Source of the DNA: Carcharhinus amblyrhynchos
Lineage: Eukaryota
Direction: 5' to 3'
Assembly (NCBI GenBank): GCA_965287045.1
Contig: OZ336893.1
Coordinates: 27,094,001 to 27,158,000 of the forward strand
Length of the DNA stretch: 64,000 nucleotides
Under the pieces are notes generated by a model. The model did no database searches. It saw only the letters and a list, made by a program, of their open reading frames with translations, and had not been told where the DNA came from. This document shows positions 39,418 to 52,479 of this stretch, in pieces. The position numbers were made by a program, and so were the translations under genes. The stretch's first letter is position 1. Each line of letters opens with the position of its first letter.

Positions 39418-40585
39418 AGAGAGTCATAGAGGTTTACAGCATGGAAACAGGCCCTTTGGCCAAACTTGTCCATGCCACCCTTACATTTTTTAAAACCCCT
39501 AAGCCAATCCCAATTGCCTGCATTTGGCCCATTTCCCTCTATACCATCATACCCATGTAACTATCTAAATGCTTTTTAAAAGATAAAATTGTACCCGCCT
39601 CTACTACTACCTCGGGCAGCTTGTTCCAGACACTTATCATCCTCTGTGTGAAAAAATTGCCTGTCTGGACACTTTTGTATCTCTCTCTTCTCACCTTAAA
39701 CCTATGCCCTCTAGTTTTAGACTCCCCTGCCTTTTGGAAAAGGTATTGACTATCTACTTTGTCTACGCCCCTCATTATTTTACAGACCTCTATAAGGTCA
39801 CCCCTCAGCCTCCTACACTCCAGAGGAAAAAGTCCCAGTCTATTCAGCCTCTCCTTATAACTCAATCCATCAAGTCCCGGTAGCATCCTCTTAAATCTTT
39901 TCTGCACTCTTTCTAGTTTAATCCTATCCTTTCTATAATAGGATGACCAGAATTGCACACAGTATTCCAACTGTGGCCTTACCAATGTCTTGTACAATTT
40001 CAACAAGATGTCCCAAATCCTATATTCAATGTTCTGACCGACGAAACCAAGCATGCCAAATGCCTTCACCATTCTGTCCACCTGTGACTCCACTTTCAAG
40101 GAGTTATGAACATGTACCCCTAGATCTCTTTGTTCTGTTACTCTCCCCAATGCCCTATCATTAACTGAGTGAGTCCTGTCCTGGCTCAGTCTACCAAAAT
40201 GCATTACCTCGCATTTGTCTAAATTAAACTCTATCTGCCATTCGTCAGCCCACTGGCCCAATTGATCAAGATCCCACTGCAATTGGAGATGGCCTTCCTC
40301 ACTGTCCACAGTGCCACCAATCCTGGTGTCATCTGCAAACTTACTAACCATGCCCCCTGTATTCTCATCCAAATCATTAATATAAATGACAAATAACAGT
40401 GGGCTCAGCACTGATCCCTGAGGCACACCACTGGTCACAGGCCTCCAGTTTGAAAAACAACTCTCTACAACCACCCTCTGGCTTCTGTCAAGAAGCCAAT
40501 TTTGTATCCATTTAGATACCTCAGCCTGGATCCTATGAGATTTAACTTTATGCAACAACCTACCATGGGGTATCTTGTCAAAGGA
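39418..40585 (-). mobile_element. CR1 LINE 3' fragment (RT ORF 39539-40558)
   Basis: GVPQGSVL, SKFADDT and RPQLEYCVQFWS motifs, with a CR1 tail ...TAAACCTCTATGACTCT. Confidence 0.95.
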
Positions 40586-40686
40586 TGTTCCATGTTACCA
40601 CCATGAGATAAACTCCACATGCTGATTAGTATAAAAGAAATAAGGAACTGGTTATATAGTTAAAATGTGATTGCACTTTACAAAGG

Positions 40687-41946
40687 TAAATAATAAATTG
40701 GCTTACATTCTTTACTCTGTGGGTTAAGCAGGCAAAATGACAAGAAACAAAGCAACAACTTGCACTTATTCAGCACCTTTAACATGGAAAAATAGACCTG
40801 TGATGCTTGACAGAAATGGATGCTAAGCGAAAGGAATAGTGGCCAAAAAAAAACTTGGCCAAAGGGGTGGGTTTGAAAAGGGGGAAAGGAAGGAGGAGTT
40901 TGGGGAAGGACTTGCAGAGTGTGGGACCTGGACAGCTGAAGGCACCACCTTTACTAATGTGGCAAACAGGGGGGATGCACAGGAAGCCAAAATTGGAGGA
41001 ATGCAAAGTTCTGACATGGGGGGGTGAAGATGAATTGATGAGATTGGAGGAGATTAAAGAGATGAGAAGGGATTCAAAGACAAACGTGGGAATTTTAAAC
41101 TTGAAGAGTTGGAGAACTGGGTTCCAGTGTTGATCAGGGAGGGTGATGAATGGGCGAGGCTTGCTGGGTGATAGGACATTGGCAGCAGAGATTTGGAAGA
41201 GCTGAAGTGGCGGACAGCAGTGGGGTGGGTGACTGAGACACATTGGAAAGGTTTAGTCTATAGATGGCAATGGCATGGATGCAGGGATCAACAAAAGATG
41301 GGCTGATGGAAGACAGACATGGATAATTGTATGGGGGTGAAAGTAAGTTATCATTGTGAGAAGGATCTGAGGTTGGAAACTCAACTCAAAGTTGAACAGG
41401 AAATTCAGGTTGCAAACAGAGGAGTTCAGCCTGAGACAGTGAAAAGAAAGAAATAATGGACCTGCATTTATTTGGCATCTTTCGCATTGTCAGGAACTGA
41501 GGACTTGTGGAACAATGGATAACATCCCTGCTTCTGAGCCAGAAGCGCTGGGTTTGAGTCCCACACATGAACAGCAATGTGATAACTAGACAAACTGTTT
41601 CTTAGTATTTTGTTTGATGGATAATTATTGACCAGAAGAGGGAACTATTTGTGAACCTAGTTAAGCATGGGGACCAGGAGTGGTCAGTAAGTTATTGGGA
41701 ATAAGGTCCAGGAAACAGAAGATTATGGAGAAGTTGAGCTTAGCGAGGGCATGACAGGAAATAGGCAAGAAACTAGATGAGTTTTTTTGGTACTATTCCT
41801 TTCGCTTAGCATCCATTTCTGTCAAAGCATCACAAGTCCATTTTTCCATGTTAAAGGTGCTGAACAAGTGCAAATTGTTGCTTTATTCCTTGTCATTTTG
41901 CCTGCTTAATCCACAGGGTAAAGAATGGAAGCCGATTTATTATTTA
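40687..41946. repeat. ~170-bp inverted duplication (40687-40855 / 41780-41946)
   Basis: TGACAGAAATGGATGCTAAGCGAAAGGAATAGT pairs with ACTATTCCTTTCGCTTAGCATCCATTTCTGTCA, and the match extends over the whole arm. Confidence 0.92.
40750..41420 (-). mobile_element. Old L2-clade LINE 3' fragment
   Basis: HWNPVLQLFKFKIPTFVFESL matches the L2 HWLPV..RI.FKI motif, and GGAFSCPGPTL matches the RAFS.AAP.LWN motif. Further L2 relics lie at ~37800-37930, 41640-42030 and 56100-56450(+). Confidence 0.7.
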
Positions 41947-44885
41947 GGTTCGGGGCTGGTGTAAGAGGAGCTTGGCTTGGTTAGGTAGCCATGAGAGGAA
42001 GCAGCAGAGAAAACAGGGCTTACTGTCAATGTCAGTGCCACAGGTTGGCACCAAGTTTCTCACATTTGTTATTGGAAGGAAAGATGGGAAGAGGGGTTAA
42101 AGGTTGGCACTGGAGAAAGCGAATGAGTCTTATTGTGCATTCCAGATGTGGACAATTTGGACACATGAACACTTGATGTTCTGGTGATGGATGGCTAAAC
42201 CAGTTGGGTGCCATAAACCTCCAAATTGGGCCCTTGTTCTCAAAGGAACAAAAGTCAGGGCCACACTAAGAGGAATGGCCAGAGTGGAAGAGAATAAAAA
42301 AGGTAATGTCATCCCAGATGACTGCTCTCCCCTTTGAGGGGGAGAACTGACAGGTGGTGATTTAACCTGAGGATCCCTACACCTCAGGCGAGAGGCAGGG
42401 TGGGGTCCTCATGAATGAGGAGAGTAAACAGTTCACTGTCAGTGGCATATTGAGAGTGCCCAGTGGTTATAATCGTCATAGCACAGGCAGGTGGGTATAG
42501 TAACTTGATGGTGCAATTTCCTGCAGGAACCCACGCTGTAGGGAGAGATGAAAATTAAGCAATGCACATCATTCCAGACCACTTGTTCAACGTCTGTTCT
42601 GAGAAAAACTGGAGATCAGAGCACCATCCTAGACTCACAGTGAGGTATTTTCTTCAACATGTTTCTTCTTGCTCATTTGATCAGGTGGTTTTACTTGCCA
42701 GTTGCTTTATTTCTGTTTTACTAATTGTGTATTGAATCTGTATTCTCATTGGAGAGACAGCCCAATTTAAAAAGTCAAAAGAGACAAATAGAAATAGTAC
42801 CAGCTTAGCTCAGGGTTCGCGTTCTGGCCTCTGAGTCACAAGGTTGTGGCCTGGAGCTTCTGGGGAACGGCAATCAGCAACAAATTTCCACCCCCATGGT
42901 GACAGACCCTCACTTGAAATCCCAAGCCCCTGTCACCTGACCTTCCTAACTCAGACCGGGTGAGACAAAAACAGCGAAGCTTCTCAGGGGCTCCAGCGAT
43001 GAGGTGTAAAAGGAGCGCAGTGAAGGAGAACACGCCACGTTTTATAACACCAGCTGCTGTAAAACAGGCAGGTTTATAGGGGCCATTGAAAGGGAGAAGG
43101 TAAGTTTCAAAGGCAAATACATGAGATATGGGGATGGGGGCTCAGACACCAGTGGGTGGGTGGCGGGGTTTAGGTAGGTGGCGGGGGGGGCATGTCAGGT
43201 TTGCAGGGAGGTGGGTGGTGTGAGGTCACGTCAGGTTCAGATGTGGGGGGAGGCAGGTCGAGACTGGTCGGGTCAGTTCAGAGGTCGGGTTATGGCGGGT
43301 TGGGGGAGCAGCTTGATTGTGGGGGGGTGGTGGGGGGATGTGAGGAGTCAGAACAGATGTAGTTGCTCAAAAAAACCTGGCATCCAATAGGTGCAATGGG
43401 CTGTCCCAATTGAATTAAGGATGGCATGGACAAGTTGGGCTGAAGGGCCTGTTTTCATGCTGTAAATCTCTATGACTCTATAATTATATTGCATGATAAT
43501 TTATAGCCTTATGGTCCAACACACCCCTCAATCCACTTATCAACAAGCCAAGGGATCAAACTTGGTTCATTGAGCTAATATCATGCTGAAGCTAATATCA
43601 TTCCTCACTATTGTGTTAATTTCCTTTCTAACCAGAAATGCAAACCCATTGCTAGTTCCTATATAAAGAACTAGGAACTGAGTCCTCTAAAAGGTCTGGG
43701 TGGGGCTGGTGTCCCATGTGGGGTGTTTAAAATAGTTACTCTGGAATTAAAAGTTCTTGTTTGCCTTCTAACGGCTTCAGAGTAATTATCAGTAAAACTG
43801 ACAAAAGCATCCAAAGTTGGGGCTTTATGTGGCTTTGTCTGATGGTTCCCAGACCAGCACAATTGTCCAGGAGAAGTTAGCACTTCTGGACAATTGGCGG
43901 GGGAAACCTCACCTGAGGACTTCCTAGAGGGATTCCCCAGCGTATTATTGTGGAACCCTCCCCCTGAAATCTGACACTGGGGAACCAGGAAGCTATGGCC
44001 CAGATATCTTCAAGTCCCACTGCAGGATTTGGGTATAAAGCCTGGACTGTTGCTTCACTGTTGGAATGAGGGCATACATTATCAAAGGTATAGGCTGGGA
44101 TTTTGCTACTGTGTTGTGCCCATTTACGGGCGTGACACAGTCATTAACGACCGGCACCATTTTACGAACACTGGATTTCCAACGCGGTCAGCCTCTCGTT
44201 GGAAATGGACGAGAGGCAGGTTAATTTAGTTAAGGAAGCATTTACATGTCATTAGCGAGCCTGGCGCTCGATCGTGTGGGCTCGCCCCACCCCCGCTCTC
44301 TATGACCACGTAGGGAAAGGTTCGCACTGGTGAGGAATAGACATGCTCCCCATGAATGAGGAGCAGTCAACTTGGCCTCACCAGTGGAACAGGAGGCCAT
44401 TGAGGCCCCTCCCAGGGAGGCTGAGGGCAGGGAGGTGGTGGGGGGGGGGGCTGCTTCTTGGATACTGCACGACTGACAGTGCTGCCCTGGCACCTGGGCA
44501 ATGCCCACTGGACAGTGCCAAGGAGGTGAGGCTACTGAAGAGGGGCCAGTGGGGGGAGGAAATGTGGGCATGGCTAATTGGGGAAATGGCCAGTGGGGGA
44601 GGGGCCAGCAGGGAGTGGGGCTAATGGGGGAGGGGGCCTTGCTGCCACTCTGCAGCAATCGGTGGGGGGAGGGCAGCGGGGCCACGATGGGTGGTGGGGA
44701 GGGGGAGGTGATTCGCCATCAGTCTGGGCGGCTGGGGGAGTGGGCAGGGGCTGCATCCATGGCGGGTCCCACAATTGCAGAGGGGATGGAGGGCCGGGGG
44801 AGGTAATTGCTTCAGGCTGCCTGCACTTCAGGGGCCTGACAAGCTCTCTCTTTGTCTGTCAGACCCCTGCTACTGCTGACGCTCG

Positions 44886-45113
44886 AAAAAGTCTGACAAC
44901 ACCAGGTTTTAGTCCAACCGATTTATTTGATAGTAAACTCACAAGCTTTCGAGGGGACTGCCTCTTCGTCAACTCTCCATTCACCTGACGAAGAGGCAGT
45001 CCCCTCGAAAGCTTGTGAGTTTACTGTCAAATAAATCGGTTGGACTAAAACCTGGTGTTGTCAGACTTTTTACTGTGTTTACCCCAGTCCAACACCGGCA
45101 CATCCACATCATG
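44886..45113 (+). mobile_element. ORF-less fold-back PLE pLTR insertion with hammerhead (44979-45020)
   Basis: Same pLTR family as 36918-37056. Arms 44886-44971 and 44986-45071 are inverted. Flanking duplication ACTGCTGA(C/T)GCTC at 44872-44884 and 45114-45126. Confidence 0.9.
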
Positions 45114-48100
45114 ACTGCTGATGCTCATCAGAGGCCTGCACATGCACACTACCTCCCTCTGCAGGAGTTTGGGTGCATTACACCCTGCCCACAGGCTTCT
45201 GAAGTGAGCAACAGAATTTTGCAGGCAGAGTACGTGTGGTGGGGGGGGTGCTTAAAAGCATGGCCCAAAAGACAGATCCGAAACTCTCCCAGTTTCAAGT
45301 CGGGCTAGGACTGAGACAAAAAAATGTTAAAATACCACCCAGAAGGCGGGATTTTCCGACCATGCTCACTTAAGACTGGAAAGTCCCATCCGAGGTCAAC
45401 AGACTTTGCATGGTCCTGTCCGGCCCACCACAATCCCCGTGACGGGGGGGATGGGGAAATTCCGCCCAGTCTTTCATATGAGACTTCGGACTGAGGTGAG
45501 AGCGGTCTGTTCAGGTGGATGTAAAGGATTCCACGGGAGCATTCAAAGAATATCGCGGTTCTCCCAGTGTCCAAGGCGACATCCACACTTTAAGACAATG
45601 CTGGATTATCTGGGCAATTTATCTCAATTACTGTTAGTGGGATCATTGCAGTGTGCCACAGTGGACAGCAAGAACTGTGAATCATGTTGGGACGTTCTGA
45701 AGACAAATGCGAGATTATTTTTTAATACAATTGTAATCGTAAGTGTTGGTAAATGGAAATGACCTCAAAAATAAGTCAAAACAGAAGTCGCAAACGATGG
45801 GAATACACCGCAGAGCTACCTGAAAAGATTAGCATTTCCAGTTCTGATAAAATATAAACCTCTCTTGATTTAGTTTGGATGCTGCATTTTATTTTCAGTA
45901 CTTATTTCCCAGAAAAGATATTTCATGCTCAGGCACATTCTGAATTACACCAATGGGAATTTTTTGAGACTACTTTTAAGGGAATAATTCTTACGAGCAG
46001 CCAATTCCTGTAAGGGAAATACCAAGATACAGTACCAGGAATGGCCTCCCATTGACCTACTCTTAATGAAAGGTGGGAGCGCAAGTTTCGACTCTGCTGT
46101 TTTCACAAGTGAAACTTGACACTTGCCAAACACTGTTAAAATCTCGCCAGCAGCAGTATGCGACACAACATTATTTTTTGGCAAATTTCCCCCAAGTTGC
46201 ACATTCCTAAACCACCTCGTTATTGAAATCAAAAGTGGAGTCTCCTGATCTCAGCCTTTCCAAAATCCATGGACTGGATTTAATGCTTCCCCACTGGCTG
46301 GTTTGAAGCTGGTTTGAAGGCGGGAGTATGTAACGTCCAGTCATGTGCTTGCTGCCATCTTGCCCACCCCAACACCCGTTGCTATTTAACCAGTTGCTTG
46401 GGGAGGGGCGGTTGAAACTGCCTTGCCTGTGTGTCAATTGAAGCCCTTAAGTGGCCAATTAATGTTGACTTAAGTGCCTCACCCTGAAAGGCCCACCTCA
46501 ACCTGGTAGCCTTTCCTGTATGAGCTGGTGATGCGTGGATTGGCGGGGGGAGGTGGCAGGGATGGGGGGGTTGGTAAATGGCAACTCCTCCTTAATGGGC
46601 ACCCCTGGCCCATCAGACGACTCCCCTACGGTGTAAACCCTCCCAGAGGTTTCCTCTCTGATATCTTTTATGCCCTGTGTCGTCCCCCCCATGACTCTCT
46701 TTGCCAGGGTCCACCAGCCTGGCCTTAGCGAGACCCCCAGACTCGCCTCTGGTCTCAGCTCCAGGGTTAGCATGTCTTTGTGTGGAGCTCACTGCAGTAC
46801 CAGCAGTGGTCACCACTCTGGGTGGCACTGCAGGTTCTGAAGAGCAGCTCTATGATGAGGGACTTCCTGTTGCTGAGGGGCAGAAGTCCTGATTCAAGCA
46901 ATTAAAGACTGGTCGACTGTTAAACAACTAGCGGGCAGCCATCCAAAGAGAATCGCTATTAATGAGACCTCTGTACCCTGTTAACTGCACTCCCATGTCT
47001 GACTCCTACTAACTGGCAAACTGAGTTGCCAAGCCCAGAACACTGAATGTTACTCACACTTCTATTTATTTGTTGGTTTGTGTTATCTGAATTTTGACCT
47101 TTGGAAAGGACTGTTCTTAACTCTGTTCATTTTTAGTGGCTTATTAATCATTGAGAATGCTAAAATTCTCTTATTGCCACCAGCTGGGGATAGAATGATA
47201 TAGATTCTATATTGTAGAATATATAACACAGAAATAGCCCATTCAACCCAACTAGCTTACATTGGGTTTTAGGTCTGTGCGCCACACCTTAGGACAGATA
47301 TCTTGGCTTTGGAGGAGATGCACGGGGGCGGGGGGGGTTCTTTCGGGAGGAGATGCACAGGTGAACCAGACTGATACTAGGACTAGAAAGGTTAAATTTT
47401 ATGAACAGGTTGCATAAAAAAGCCTGGCGCTCTCCCTGTTTCCCCTTTTCTTAATTTTTTCACAGAATGTGGGTGTCACTGGCTAGGCCAACATTTGTTG
47501 CACCTCCCTGTTTGCCCTGCAGGGGGTGGTAGTGAACTGCTATCTTGAACTGCGCCATGTGTCGTGGGTACATCCACAGGACTGATAGGGAGGAACTGTG
47601 TGAAAGCTACTCCTTTGAGTCCTCATAGTCCTCATCTGAGATCCAAGGTAAAACAGCCTGAGTGATTTCCCCCAAGCTGAATCTTGGGGGGGGTTCAAGA
47701 TAGATTGATTCGATCTGCTTGTATATAGATAGATTGATAGATCAGACATGCAAAATTGTCAAAATAACCTTTCAGCAGGATTGTCGTGAACAAACCCTTT
47801 CACAGAAGCAGACGAGAAAGCAGTTGTGAGGTTTCAATATATTGAGATATTTCCCTGTCTTGTCCTCAGTGCTGTTTAATTGCAGCTGTGTCCTTCCCTT
47901 CTTTAACAAGCAAGTTCCAGTTGCTCCAGCCTGGGGAATCCATGAGGGGTGCAATTTTACGAAAAAAATTCAAGTCCAGGTTATCACAGTACGAAGGGAG
48001 GAGAATGAAACTTCAAACTGGGCGACATGGACAAGTTGGACTGTAGGGCTAAACCTTTATGAATCTATGATGAGCATGAAAATGGGAAAGTTTTTGATCC

Positions 48101-49527
48101 ATTTTCTGGGCAAGTCCAAATCTGCCATCTTCTGCATTTAGTGTAAAAGTAACACATCAACGACCGCTTCTTGCCAGTAGAGGGAGAAGGCGGTGCTTAA
48201 ATCACCCGAATGCTGGTTGACAGCAGCAGAGGGTGCCATTGGGCATGGGCAGGTCCCTCTGCTGTGACAGCAATAGAGACTTGTCACTCAGTCTCCGCTG
48301 CTTTCAGCCAGCCTTCCTCCACCAGCTACCATGGGGCCCCGCAGCCTATTGTAACCCCCCCCCGCCAGCCGCAACAATTGACCCCTGCAACTCCCTCCCA
48401 CCCACCCAAACCAATCTCCCCATCCATCCCCCCACCAATCGCAGATCTGCAGAGTGCCAGTGGGCCTTCCCTCACCCCTCCTCCCCACGCTGATCGGCCC
48501 CCTCCCGATCTGGCCCTGCCCACGAATAGGCCCAGTCCCCTTCAGGCCCCACCCACTTGGCACTGCCCAGTGTGTAGTGCCAGGGTACCTGCTGTGTAGT
48601 GCCAGGCTGGCAGTGCCAGGGTGCCAGACTGGCAGTATCCAAGGGGCATTCCCCTGACCTCCCTAGGAGGCCTCAATGGCCTCTGGTTCTACCACTGGGG
48701 CCATCACGTCTGGTCCCTGTTTTGGGGATCAGTTGTGATTCTTGCCAGAGTCTCTCCCAGGTAGGCCACAGAGGCAAGTGAGCCCTGATGATTCAACCCC
48801 AGACTTGCTAATTACATTTAGATTATATTAAAATTTAATTTAAATAATTGATTCAGCCTCGCGCCAGAAATGAGAGAGAGTCTGAACTGAAATGAGAAAT
48901 GAGAGAGAGTGCAAACCTGATTTCTCAACTCACTCTCATGTGATCTTACTGGCTCATCAGCCAGTGGGGCATGATGGATGATGGTAGGAGCACCCCCCCC
49001 ACCATGGCCTCGCAATTAACCTGCAGAAGCCAGGTAAATATCATTATGACCGAGTGATTAACACATTTAGATTGAAAATCCCTCGGGAATTGCACATGTT
49101 GTAGCCAAACCCTTTTCAGTTAAATATGAAATGTTGGCAGGTTACAGACAGCTTCCAATCCCCCCAGTTTTAAACACATGCATTATTGGACTTTACAATA
49201 CAGCTCCATATCCCTGGATCCTCTTTTTCTCCAATCTAGTTCATTCTTAGATATTGAAATCCTTCTGCTTGAACCTCTAATTTCAGCAGTTTTGCACAGC
49301 TTCAGATTCTGGTGTAAGTAATGTTTCTTCTGCTCTGGGTCCTAAAACTCTTACATTTAATTTTGTATCCCTATTCATTCGCTCCCAACCTCCTCCTCAC
49401 AGGAACAATCTTTTTAAAAAATTTTTTACATGAGAAGTGGACATCATTGACAAGGCCAGCAAGTGTTGCCCTTCTCTTCAATCAATGGCAAGCCATGAAA
49501 TTTCAGAGGGCAACGAAGAGTCAACCA

Positions 49528-50056
49528 CATAGAATCATAAAATCCATACACTTCAGAAGGAGGTCATTCAATCCATCGAGTTTGTATCAACCATCATCCC
49601 ATCCAGGCCCTATTCCCGTAACCCTGCACATTTACCCTGCTAATTCCCCAGTGCTAGGACCAATTTAGCATTGGCAACCAACCTAACCCACACACCTTTT
49701 ATAAATGCAAATTACTGCAGATGCTGGAATCTGAAACCAAAAGAGAAAATGCAGGAAAATCTCATCAGGTCTGGCCACATCTGTCAGGAGAGAAAAGAGC
49801 TGATGTTTTGAGTTCAGATGACCCTTTGTGAAACGTCAGCCGTTTTCTCTTCTGACCTGCTAGACCTGCTGAGATTTTCCAGCATTTTTTCTCTTGGCCA
49901 CACATCTTTGGACTGTGGGAGGAAACTGGAGAACCCAGAGGAAACCTATGCAGACACGGAGAGAAAGTGCAAACTCCACACGGACAGTGGCCGAAGCTGG
50001 AATTGAACCTGGGTCCCTATTGCTGTGAGACAGCAGTGCTAACTACTGTGGCACAG
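49528..50056 (-). mobile_element. HE1-like V-SINE interrupted by a fold-back element (~49700-49897)
   Basis: SINE sequence stops at CCACACACCTTT and resumes at CCACACATCTTTGGACTG around an inverted-repeat insert. Confidence 0.85.
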
Positions 50057-50104
50057 CGCAGAAAGAAGCTCTTTGGCCCATTATGTCTGCACCAGTTCTC
50101 CAAA

Positions 50105-50785
50105 TGAGCATCATGACTTAGTGCCAAATAATCAGATCAAATTGGCAAGGCTAGCTTGAGGAAGAGTTCACTGAATTAGGGATTGTTTCTTGGAGTAATA
50201 TATTGTGGAACCAGCCAGAGAGAGGCATTGGTGAGACCTCACCTGGAGTATTATGTACAGTTCTGGTGCCATTATTTGAGGAATGATGTAGTTACACTGG
50301 AGGCGGTTTAGAGGAAGTTTACTAGATTGACTCCAGAGATGAGGGATTTGTCTTGTGAAGAGAGATTGAGGAGTTTAGGCCCAGACTCTCTCAATTTTAG
50401 AAGAATGAGAGATCTAATTGAAGTATATAAGATGATAAAAGATGTTGAGAAAGTCAGTGTAGAGCGTATGCTCCTTGTGGGAAATCTAGAACAGGAGGTC
50501 ATAGCTTGAGAATAAGGAGTAGCAGATTTAAAACAGAGAAACAACTTCTCCCAAAGGATCATGAATCTGTGCAATTCACTACCTCAGAATGTGGTGGATG
50601 CCGAGACATTGAATAAATTTAAGGAGGAGCTAGACAGGTTTTTAATTAGTAACAGTGAAAGGTTATGGAGAACGGGCTGGAAAGTGGAGTTGAGGCTGAA
50701 ACAAGATCAGCCATGATCGTACTGAATGATAGGGCAGGCTCGAGAAGTTGAATTGCCTATTCCCCCCACTAGTTCTTATGTTCCT
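50105..50785 (+). mobile_element. Degenerate CR1 fragment(s)
   Basis: LVRPHLEYYVQFW and RRMRDLIEVYKMI motifs; CR1 tail AGTTCTTATGTTCC. Confidence 0.88.
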
Positions 50786-51180
50786 CTGCCTTTTCCCATA
50801 CCTCTGTACATTTCCCAAACTCTTCCAAAGTTTCTCATCTCTGGAACCATTCTTGTAAACCTCTTCTACACCCTCTCCAGTGTGTTCACATCTTTCCTAT
50901 GGTGTGACACCCAGAACTGTACCCAATATTCCACACACTATAGATCTGCAGTCATATTACAGGTAAAGGTGGCATTTCCTAAAGGACATCAGTGAACCAT
51001 TTTTTACCATAATTTATGATAGTTTCTGTTTCCATCTCTTCATAAATTTAAACTCTCAAATCATTCTTCAATCCTTTCCATGAATGAAAACAGCCCAATT
51101 TTTTTCAAAATCTGAATACAACAAATGTTGGAAATACTCAGCAGTCTGGCAGCATCTGTGGAAGAGAAACAGAATTAACA

Positions 51181-52479
51181 GGGGGTGATTCTCCCAAAAG
51201 TGCTGAATTGGTGAGAAAAATATTCTAGATCACGACTGTTTTGTCAGTTCAGCTTCTCACTCGAAACTCCGCACTCTATGCACTGCAGAGGTACCAATCG
51301 TGAATCTCAATAAAAACCCAAGGGGAGTGGGGCCTATTCATACCGGAGTCTGACAGTTCTGGAACTCTGCGCACAAGCAGTGGTCCCGATCTGTCAGACT
51401 CCCGTTTGCTGGACAGCTCCATCGCTGGCCAGCACGAGACTCCCGCAGTGCTGCCCCTCCAGCACCCCCCCATGGCCTGATCACAGCCCTCACAACAATT
51501 CCCGGGCCAGCCCTGACTCTCCGTGCCCCAATGTTCAACCCCCACCCCGAACCAGCAGCGGTGATCCTCTCAACCCCACCTCACCCCAGCAGACCCCACT
51601 CCCACTGAACACTCCCAGGATCAGAACCCCCTAGGGAGGCAGGCCTCCTTCCCCCAACTTGCCCCAATTGCTGCCGTCCCTCCATCCCAGAATGATTGTC
51701 ATGCAGAATGGCAGCAGGACCCTCCACCCCCCACCGATCACCTCTAGTCCCTGCCCACAATACACCATGCCCCCACACCTGATGCGCAGTGGGGAGTGCC
51801 AAGGTGCCCCCTGGGAATGGGCACTTTGCCCTTTGGACAGTGCCAGGGGATACAGACTGGCATTGCCAGGGTGCCCATGTCCAAGGGGCATGTGATTGTC
51901 ATGCAGAATGGCAGCAGGACCCTCCACCCCCCCACCGATCACCTCTAGTCCCTGCCCACAATACACCATGTCCCCACACCTGATGCGCAGTGGGGAGTGC
52001 CAAGGTGCCCTCTGGGAATGGGCACTTTGCCCTTTGGGCAGTGCCAGGGGATACAGACTGGCATTGCCAGGGTGCCCATGCCCAAGGGGCACCAACACCC
52101 AACCACCTGATCCCTGGGGGGCCCCGATTACCCTCCCTTCATTCCAACAGGGTCTCCCAGTAGTTCCCCGAACATGGGGAGCCAGTCTGAACCCCGCCAG
52201 AATGCAGTACTCCTGGCAGGGTGGGAGATTCAATCAGGACCAGTAAGCTCCCAATAATGACATTTAAAATACATTTAAAACATATTAAAAAAAGATTCAA
52301 ATGACTTAATTGTCTTCCCGCCGGTTTCGAACATGGTCTGCTCTCCAACTATTCTCCGGCTCTGGGAAATGCTCGTGCATTCCTGGCGCGTGCACAGATT
52401 CTGGAACAAGGCCAGCAACACAAATCCCTCACTGCGACCCACCAGAAAAGTTGCAGGTCAGGATGGGAGAATCGCCCCC
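51181..52479. mobile_element. Non-autonomous DNA transposon (Harbinger-like) with 16-bp TIRs
   Basis: 5' GGGGGTGATTCTCCCA and 3' TGGGAGAATCGCCCCC (one mismatch). AAC occurs on both flanks (within 1 nt). GC-rich non-coding interior. Related decayed elements lie at ~44093-45305 and ~48090-48970. Confidence 0.8.
51693..52091. repeat. Near-identical ~200-bp tandem duplication
   Basis: TGATTGTCATGCAGAATGGCAGCAGG starts at 51693 and at 51893; only a handful of differences. Confidence 0.95.

Noticed and set aside
14595-41780. Similar ~0.93-kb spacers in the two inverted duplications as a shared mechanism
   Set aside because: The first spacer includes a ~335-bp SINE that probably inserted later, so the match is likely coincidental.
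44530-44800. G-quadruplex-rich regulatory island
   Set aside because: The G-runs belong to the interior of a multi-copy transposon (mirrored by C-runs at ~48350-48560); nothing locus-specific.
51631-52233. 200-aa ORF with an internal repeat
   Set aside because: Arises from GC-rich MITE interior plus the 200-bp duplication; several frames are open and no domain is recognisable.
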